From: Pirellulales bacterium
GTDB taxonomy: Bacteria; Planctomycetota; Planctomycetia; Pirellulales; JAEUIK01
NCBI GenBank assembly: GCA_019745975.1
Contig: JAIESQ010000013.1
Coordinates: forward strand, 86,780 to 150,779
Direction: 5' to 3'
DNA: 64,000 bases
The notes below the pieces were generated by a model, which did no database searches, was not told the DNA's origin, and worked only from the letters and a program-made list of their open reading frames with translations. The translations under genes were made by a program, and so were the position numbers. This document shows positions 58,055 through 64,000 of the stretch, piece after piece; position 1 is the stretch's first letter; each line of letters opens with the position of its first letter.

Positions 58055-58450
58055 CTAGGGAGCCAGCCAGTCTTCGACTTCCAGCTCGGGCACGCGGGCG
58101 AAATCGGCCGTGTTGTGCGTGACCAATGTTAGCCCATGCACTCGCGCCGTCGCGGCGATCATCAAATCAACCGGTGGAATGACGATGCCCCGCCGGGACA
58201 GCGAGCCTTTGATCCGACCGAACATCTCAGCGCAGGCTTCGTCGAATGCCAGAACGTGCAACGAGCCGACCAATTCGGCGATTAAGATGCGATGCTTCGC
58301 GGAGTTGCGCCGGTAGCCCCATACGTGCAACTCGGCAAGCGATACGGTTGACAAGTAGAGCCGGCCGCCAGACTGATTGAACCGATGTGCCAGCGCATAA
58401 TCACGCTTGAGATGATGCGAGCAGATGTCGGTATCGAGCAAGTAGCTCAT
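58055..58450 (-). CDS. vapC: VapC PIN-domain toxin
   Basis: YLLDTDICS, SLAEL, DLMIAATA, LVTHNTADF. Confidence 0.92.
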   Translation of the reverse strand: MSYLLDTDICSHHLKRDYALAHRFNQSGGRLYLSTVSLAELHVWGYRRNSAKHRILIAELVGSLHVLAFDEACAEMFGRIKGSLSRRGIVIPPVDLMIAATARVHGLTLVTHNTADFARVPELEVEDWLAP

Positions 58451-58710
58451 TCGTCGAGCGCATCAAGCGAACTACGTCGTTCAAGCTTCCGTTCCTCGTA
58501 GATCTCCTTGAGGATGCGGTCGTCCTCCTCGGTCCAGTGATCCGCCAGCGCGCCGGCGGTGCGCGTCACCCAATTGGCATCCGTCGTTGGCTTGGCCGGG
58601 GCGCGCAGGACGATCTCCACCTGCTGCCCATCGGGCAAGCCCGCGTCTTCGGCTAGCTCGATCGTGCGGCCGCGAATCACGCCGTGCAGAATCTGATTCA
58701 CCTGGCTCAT
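58447..58710 (-). CDS. Putative antitoxin (DUF104/AF2212-like N-terminus) coupled to vapC
   Basis: LHGVIRGRTIELAEDAGLPDGQQVEIVL; ATGA overlap with vapC. Confidence 0.8.
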   Translation of the reverse strand: MSQVNQILHGVIRGRTIELAEDAGLPDGQQVEIVLRAPAKPTTDANWVTRTAGALADHWTEEDDRILKEIYEERKLERRSSLDALDE

Positions 58711-58792
58711 CTGGCACTCGATCTCCAATGAGAAATGGCGCTACGCTGGCAACAGGCTATTCTACCCAATATGGCAATCCGATTGTGATTGC

Positions 58793-59032
58793 TCACTCAT
58801 CGAGCTCCCTGATGGTCGACAGCTTGCGCTCGCCCAGAATTTCGTCAAGGTACCGATCCATTTCTGGGTAGTCAGCCAGCATGCCGGCGGCCGTTCGACG
58901 AGGCGACTCGCGTGGCGGCTCGACTTGCAGCACCACGGCAACCTGCTGACCGTCGGGCAGGCCCGCATCTTCGGCCAGCTCGATCGTGCGGCCGCGAATC
59001 ACGCCGTGCAGAATCTGGTTCACCTGGCTCAT
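58793..59032 (-). CDS. Second, orphan antitoxin paralogue
   Basis: First 31 aa identical to the adjacent antitoxin, different C-terminal half. Confidence 0.75.
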   Translation of the reverse strand: MSQVNQILHGVIRGRTIELAEDAGLPDGQQVAVVLQVEPPRESPRRTAAGMLADYPEMDRYLDEILGERKLSTIRELDE

Positions 59033-59153
59033 CGGTTTCCCCATCCCAAATCGGCTTGGCGCAATTCAAGAACACGCCGCTCAATTATAACGCGGGGACA
59101 GGCGTGAAATCACCGTGAGACAATCGTGAGACGGCCGCAATCCGCCCGCGCCG

Positions 59154-60626
59154 CTACATCCCCGGCGCGATCGCCAGGCAGATTTCCAGCAGCCGGTTCG
59201 GGCTGATGTTGGGATTGCGCTTCTTGGCCTGGCCGATCAGAGCGCCGGCCGCCTTGGTAGTGCCCTGCTTGATGTCGGCCAGAATCTTGGGATTGGCGGC
59301 CAACAGCTCGCGCGCGAGCGCTTCCAGCTCGCTTTCATCGACGCGCTCGATCCCCTTCTCGCGCAGCACGTCGGCCGCCGACTTGCCCGACGAGAGCATC
59401 TCGACGAACACCACCTCGCGGGCACGGGTGTGGTCGATATCTCCCTTTTTGACTAGCGCGATCAGCTCGGCCAATCGCGCGGCCGAGACAGGGAACTTGT
59501 CGATCGACAGGTCGCGGGCATTGAGCTCGCGGAGCACGTCCTGCTGCAACCAGTTGGCGGCCGCCTTGCCGTCGCCGGCGCCATCGGCCAGCGCGATGAA
59601 GTACGCGACCAACTCGCGACCCTGGTTCACCAGCACATCGCTGTCGTAAGGCGTGATGCCGTAGGTCGACTCGAGTCGCGTGCGCAGCGCCGCCGGCAGC
59701 TCGCCCAACTCGGCCCGCACCTGCTCGACTTCGGCCGCGGTCACGGTGGCCGGCACGAGGTCGGGCTCGGGAAAGTAGCGGTAGTCGCTCGACTCTTCCT
59801 TGTGTCGCTGGCCGCGCGTGACATTGGCCTGATCGTCCCAGCCGCGCGTCTGCTTGGGCACCTGGCCGAGCCGCTGGCCGGTCTCCTGCCACACCTGCCA
59901 TTGCCGCTCGGCTTCGTAAGCCAACGCGCGTTCGACCGCGCGAAAGCTGTTCATGTTCTTGATTTCGACGATCGGCGTCGGCACGTTGCCATCAGGCGTG
60001 TGCACGTGCAGGTTCACGTTGGCGTCAACGCGCAGGCTCCCCTCCTGCATGTTGCAATCGGAAACGCCAAGATACGTGAGCAGCAACTTGAGCTCAGTGA
60101 GAAACGCCTTGGCCTCGGCAGGGCTGCGCATGTCGGGCTTGCTGACGATCTCCAGCAAAGGCGTGCCGGTGCGGTTGAGGTCGATGCGGCTGTCGGCCTG
60201 GCCGGCGGCTTCGTCGTGCATGCTCTTGCCGGCGTCTTCTTCAAGGTGCGCGCGAATGATGCCGACGCGGCGCGGCTCGATCTTCCCCTTGGGGTCGCTG
60301 ATGTCCAACCAGCCTTCGCTCGAAAAAGGCAAGTCGTACTGGCTGATCTGGTAGCCCTTCGGCAGGTCGGGGTAGTAGTAGTTCTTGCGATCCCATTTGG
60401 TGAACGGCGCGATCTGGCAATTGAGGGCCACGGCCGTCCGCAGCCCCAGCTCGAACGCCCGGCGGTTCATCACCGGCAACACGCCCGGCATGCCGATGCA
60501 CACCTGGCACGTCTGTGTGTTTGGCGGCGCGCCGAAGCGCGTGCTGCACCCGCAGAACAGCTTGCTCGCGGTGGCTAGCTGCACGTGAATCTCAAGGCCG
60601 ATGATCGTGGTGTACGGTGCGGTCAC
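59154..60626 (-). CDS. gatB: Asp/Glu-tRNA amidotransferase subunit B
   Basis: IGLEIHVQL, RKNYYYPDLPKGYQISQ, HLEEDAGK, DYRYFPEPDL. Confidence 0.97.
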   Translation of the reverse strand: MTAPYTTIIGLEIHVQLATASKLFCGCSTRFGAPPNTQTCQVCIGMPGVLPVMNRRAFELGLRTAVALNCQIAPFTKWDRKNYYYPDLPKGYQISQYDLPFSSEGWLDISDPKGKIEPRRVGIIRAHLEEDAGKSMHDEAAGQADSRIDLNRTGTPLLEIVSKPDMRSPAEAKAFLTELKLLLTYLGVSDCNMQEGSLRVDANVNLHVHTPDGNVPTPIVEIKNMNSFRAVERALAYEAERQWQVWQETGQRLGQVPKQTRGWDDQANVTRGQRHKEESSDYRYFPEPDLVPATVTAAEVEQVRAELGELPAALRTRLESTYGITPYDSDVLVNQGRELVAYFIALADGAGDGKAAANWLQQDVLRELNARDLSIDKFPVSAARLAELIALVKKGDIDHTRAREVVFVEMLSSGKSAADVLREKGIERVDESELEALARELLAANPKILADIKQGTTKAAGALIGQAKKRNPNISPNRLLEICLAIAPGM

Positions 60627-60646
60627 GATCGACTCACTCGGGCTCT

Positions 60647-60707
60647 GTAGCCGGGGTCTGCGACCCCGGATTGACGGTCAATCTCCGGCCTCAATGAGGC
60701 CGGCTAC
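60647..60707. repeat. GTAG-type REP doublet between gatA and gatB
   Basis: GTAGCCGGGGTCTGCGACCCCGG...CCGGCCTCAATGAGGCCGGCTAC. Confidence 0.75.
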
Positions 60708-60724
60708 AATTCTTCAATTAGTTG

Positions 60725-62278
60725 CTACGCCAACGTCGGCGCGCGGCGGTGCCAGTCGGTTTCGCGCTGGTACATGGCGGCGGCGCGCAGCAGCCTCTCT
60801 TCTTCGAACGGCGGCGCCTGCAACTGCAAGCCGATCGGCAAGCCGTTGCTCTGCCCACAGGGGACGACGATGCCGCCGACGCCGGCCAGGTTCGCGCTCA
60901 CGGTGTACAAGTCGACCAGATACATCGCCAGCGGGTCGTCGCTCTTCTCGCCGATCTTGAAGGCCGGCGTGCTCGTGACCGGGCCAACGATTAAGTCAAC
61001 ATCCTTGAACGCCGTGTCGTAATCCTGGCGGATCAGCCGGCGGACTTTGAGCGCCTTGAGATAGTAGGCGTCGTAGTAACCGGCCGACAGCGCGTAGGTG
61101 CCGAGCATGATGCGGCGCTTGACCTCGGGGCCGAACCCTTCGGCCCGGCTTTGCCGGTACATGCGCACGAGCGGTGTGTCCAGTTGGGCGACGGCTGCTT
61201 CGGCCGCCGCGCGCCCCGCGCTACCGTGCTCAAGCGCCGCGCGCTCGGCCTCGAGCGCTTCGCTCATTATTCTGACATCGGTGCGATGGCCATAGTGCAC
61301 GCCATCGTAACGGGCCAGGTTGCTCGACGCTTCGCTCGGCGCGATCACGTAGTAGCAGGCGACGCCGTACTTGCCGTGCGGGAGCGAGATATCGACGACC
61401 TTTGCCCCCAGCGACTGGTAGACCTTGATCGCCTCGCGCACCGCGCGCTCCACTTCGGCGTCGAGCCCGGCGGCGAAATGTTCGCGGGCAATCCCCAGCC
61501 GCAGCCCCGCGAGCGGTTTGTTCACCGATTTGCTGTAGGCCGGTACCTCCTTGGGGACCGAAGTGCTGTCGCGCGGGTCGTGGCCGGCGATGACTTCCAG
61601 CAAGAGTGCGGCGTCCTCGGCCGATTGGGCCAGCGGGCCGATCTGATCTAAGCTGCTGGCGAACGCGACCAGACCATAGCGGCTCACGCGACCGTACGTC
61701 GGCTTCAGACCGGTGACACCGCACAAGCCGGCCGGCTGGCGGATTGAGCCACCGGTGTCGGTGCCGATCGACAGCGGGACCATCCGCGCGGCCACGCAGG
61801 CCGCCGCGCCGCCGCTCGAACCGCCGGCGATCCGCGTCGTGTCCCACGGATTGCACGTGGGGCCAAACGCGGAGTTCTCGGTCGAGCCTCCCATCGCAAA
61901 TTCGTCGAGATTCGTGCGCCCCAAGAGCACGCCATCGGCCGCTTTGATCTTTTCGATCACCGCGGCGTCATACGGGGGGCGAAAGTTCTCCAGCATCCGC
62001 GAGCCGCAGGTACACAGCTCGTCGCGGTCGCAGAGCAAGTCCTTGATGGCAACCGGCAACCCGCCGAGTGGGCCGAGCTTATCGCCCCGCGCGCGGCGCT
62101 CGTCGATCGCCTTGGCTTGCGCCAGGGCGCGCTCGCTGTCGACTCGCAGGAAGGCGTGTACCGCGCCATCGTGCCGCTCGATCTGCTCCAGACACGCGCG
62201 GACTAGCTCCGCGCTCGACAGCCGACCGGCCGCCAGGTCGGCGAGCAACTCGGTGGCGGTTTTTTCTAAGAGGGTCAT
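60725..62278 (-). CDS. gatA: Asp/Glu-tRNA amidotransferase subunit A
   Basis: AIKD, NLDEFAMG, GGSSGG, GTDTGGSIRQPA, EVKRRIMLGTY. Confidence 0.97.
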   Translation of the reverse strand: MTLLEKTATELLADLAAGRLSSAELVRACLEQIERHDGAVHAFLRVDSERALAQAKAIDERRARGDKLGPLGGLPVAIKDLLCDRDELCTCGSRMLENFRPPYDAAVIEKIKAADGVLLGRTNLDEFAMGGSTENSAFGPTCNPWDTTRIAGGSSGGAAACVAARMVPLSIGTDTGGSIRQPAGLCGVTGLKPTYGRVSRYGLVAFASSLDQIGPLAQSAEDAALLLEVIAGHDPRDSTSVPKEVPAYSKSVNKPLAGLRLGIAREHFAAGLDAEVERAVREAIKVYQSLGAKVVDISLPHGKYGVACYYVIAPSEASSNLARYDGVHYGHRTDVRIMSEALEAERAALEHGSAGRAAAEAAVAQLDTPLVRMYRQSRAEGFGPEVKRRIMLGTYALSAGYYDAYYLKALKVRRLIRQDYDTAFKDVDLIVGPVTSTPAFKIGEKSDDPLAMYLVDLYTVSANLAGVGGIVVPCGQSNGLPIGLQLQAPPFEEERLLRAAAMYQRETDWHRRAPTLA

Positions 62279-62282
62279 TTCA

Positions 62283-62368
62283 GTAGGGTGCGTGAAACGC
62301 GCCGATTTTCTCGCCCGTGCTCCGTACGCCTCGTGTTGCGTAAGAGTGGTGTGCTGCGCACACCCTAC
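62283..62368. repeat. GTAG-type REP doublet between gatC and gatA
   Basis: GTAGGGTGCGTGAAACGCGCC...GGTGTGCTGCGCACACCCTAC. Confidence 0.75.
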
Positions 62369-62396
62369 AGACTCCCGCGTCGTCTCGGCAGCGGTC

Positions 62397-62687
62397 CTAT
62401 TCTCCCAACACCGCCGGCACCAGATAGCACTCGCGGTCGTGCTGCGGGGCATTGGCCAAGGCTTGCTCGCGCGGCAGGCTCGGCCGCACCACGTCATCGC
62501 GAAACACGTTGGCCAGCTCGATCGCGTGAGCCATCGGTTGCACGCCTTCAGTATCGAGCTCGGCCAGCAGGTTCATGTAATCGACGACCTGGCCAAGCTG
62601 CACGGTCATCCGCTCCAGCTCGGCGGGCGTGAGCAGCAGCCGCCCCAGCAGCGAGACCTTTTCGACGTCGGCGCGAGTGAGAGACAT
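62397..62687 (-). CDS. gatC: Asp/Glu-tRNA amidotransferase subunit C
   Basis: VEKVSLLGRL, LDTEGVQPMAH, FRDD, ALANAP; position in gatCAB. Confidence 0.95.
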   Translation of the reverse strand: MSLTRADVEKVSLLGRLLLTPAELERMTVQLGQVVDYMNLLAELDTEGVQPMAHAIELANVFRDDVVRPSLPREQALANAPQHDRECYLVPAVLGE

Positions 62688-62791
62688 GGGACACCTACTT
62701 ACGAATCGGCGGGCCAGGAACCCACAAGCTGCGCGAGCCTTGGCAAGCGGCTACGTCATCTTGCCAAACGTCACGCTGGAATACGAAGTCG

Positions 62792-62907
62792 ATCCACAGA
62801 AGGCACAGAGGAACGCAGAAGCCAAGATGGCGACAGAAGAATGACTGTAGGCCGAACGGTTATCGGTGCGGCCTCGAATTCTGTGTTCTTCTGTGCTTTC
62901 TGTGGAC
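62792..62907. repeat. Inverted-repeat element CCACAGAAGGCACAGA...TCTGTGCTTTCTGTGG
   Basis: Same family as 52528-52612. Confidence 0.65.
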
Positions 62908-62933
62908 CGGTATTTCTGCAACTTCCTCGCGAC

Positions 62934-63197
62934 CTACGATCCGGTGGGCAACTTGAACGGCTTGTTGCGGACCGTCTTGGTCACCGCGCCGCTGCGGAGG
63001 CACTGCGTGCAGACCCGCATCGACTTGCTCGTCCCCTTCACCGTCACGTGCACCCGCTGCAAATTCGGTTGGAACTTACGGGCCGTGATGCCGGTGACCT
63101 TGGTCCCCACGCCGCCGAGGTACTTGGCCTTGCCGCGGGTGGTGACCCGATTGCCGGTTTGGGCCGACTTGCCGCAGACTTCACAAACGCGAGACAT
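62934..63197 (-). CDS. rpmB: 50S ribosomal protein L28 (Zn-ribbon form)
   Basis: MSRVCEVCGK...RKFQPNLQ...RVCTQCLRSG. Confidence 0.96.
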   Translation of the reverse strand: MSRVCEVCGKSAQTGNRVTTRGKAKYLGGVGTKVTGITARKFQPNLQRVHVTVKGTSKSMRVCTQCLRSGAVTKTVRNKPFKLPTGS

Positions 63198-63344
63198 GGC
63201 GGAAAACCTCTTGCGGGGCAGGCGTGCGGGGCGACCAAAAACGAACCGCCGGCCGAACGCAAACGTTTGATAGCAGTAGATTTGAGAACTCGTCAATATA
63301 CCCAGATCGGGGCCGCTCGCAAGGTGGGTCGCGCGAAACGCGAG

Positions 63345-64000
63345 CTACGGAGCGGCCGGGCCGAACTTCATCCCGGCCGCCACCGCATACAGATACGGTC
63401 GAAAGCGATGCAGCGACCCGGCGCGGGTCCGCATCTCCAATTGATAGCGCCGCCCAGCCTGCACGGTTTCGAGAAAGCAGCGTTCCAAACGTGTCCCTTT
63501 GGCCACGGCCGTGCGCATGTACTGGACGCCGAGGAAGTCGCCGATCTGCAATCCCTTGACCGGCTCGGCGAGCGTGAATTTCTTAGCGGCCATCTCGGCC
63601 TCGAGCTGCGACTGCAACTCGGCCACGAAGGCAGCGACATTCTCCGCCGACAAGCTGACGGCGTCTTGCACCTCAGAAACGGTCAGCATGATCGAGGGGT
63701 AGGCGTCGTCCGGCTCAAGCTGAAACATCGCCAGCCGGTCTTTGTTGCGCGGGCCTAGCACCCAGTCGGCCGGCGGGGCGATCGTCAGCCGGCCGTCATC
63801 GAGTGCCGCCAAGGGATCGCCCAGCGGATTGAGCTTCGCGGTATCGATCACTTCGATCGTTGGCTGGGCCGGCGCGCTACTTGCCGCGTCGTGTGATTTC
63901 GCCCAGTCGGCTTGCGAAACGTCGGCTGCCGGTTGCGACGACCCACAGCCGCTCGCCACCAAAAGGACGAACGCGACAAGACGTGAGCCGAGCGCGCCGC
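63345..64000 (-). CDS. Hypothetical lipoprotein (5' end at or beyond window edge)
   Basis: Lipobox-like VASGC preceded by hydrophobic residues; long open frame. Confidence 0.7.
   Translation of the reverse strand, partial: GALGSRLVAFVLLVASGCGSSQPAADVSQADWAKSHDAASSAPAQPTIEVIDTAKLNPLGDPLAALDDGRLTIAPPADWVLGPRNKDRLAMFQLEPDDAYPSIMLTVSEVQDAVSLSAENVAAFVAELQSQLEAEMAAKKFTLAEPVKGLQIGDFLGVQYMRTAVAKGTRLERCFLETVQAGRRYQLEMRTRAGSLHRFRPYLYAVAAGMKFGPAAP

Noticed and set aside
61713..63758. 681-aa plus-strand ORF
   Set aside because: Antisense to gatA, gatC and rpmB; no recognisable domain.

Overview
GC-rich bacterial chromosomal segment, very likely Planctomycetota (two DUF1501 genes, a PSD1/planctomycete cytochrome c protein, planctomycete-style palindromic repeats). 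The left ~19 kb is a genomic island integrated at the 3' end of the tmRNA gene (ssrA, 18896-19258, minus strand); its other end is outside the window. The island has (i) a compact core of ParB-like protein, VirD4/TraD-like coupling ATPase, a membrane protein, several unannotated small hydrophobic proteins, excisionase and integrase, with no relaxase or VirB genes visible here; (ii) a tyrosine-recombinase + IS91-type HUH transposase unit ending in an attC-like hairpin; (iii) a third tyrosine recombinase; (iv) an IS701 with CTAG target duplication; (v) cargo genes (SDR, QueG/RdhA-like 4Fe-4S-SCP2 protein, HxlR regulator, beta-helix protein). The rest is mostly core genome (ArnC/ArnT-like glycosyltransferases, pyrE, LysM-L,D-transpeptidase, thiSG, ltaE, yjbQ, phnX, gatCAB, rpmB). 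It is interrupted by a restriction-modification cassette (Vsr-C5 methyltransferase fusion, DUF4928-like protein, beta-class N4/N6 methyltransferase), two toxin-antitoxin loci, a REP-associated tyrosine transposase with its cognate REPs, and a REP-containing MITE present twice. All calls come from reading the sequence and motifs by eye; no searches were run.
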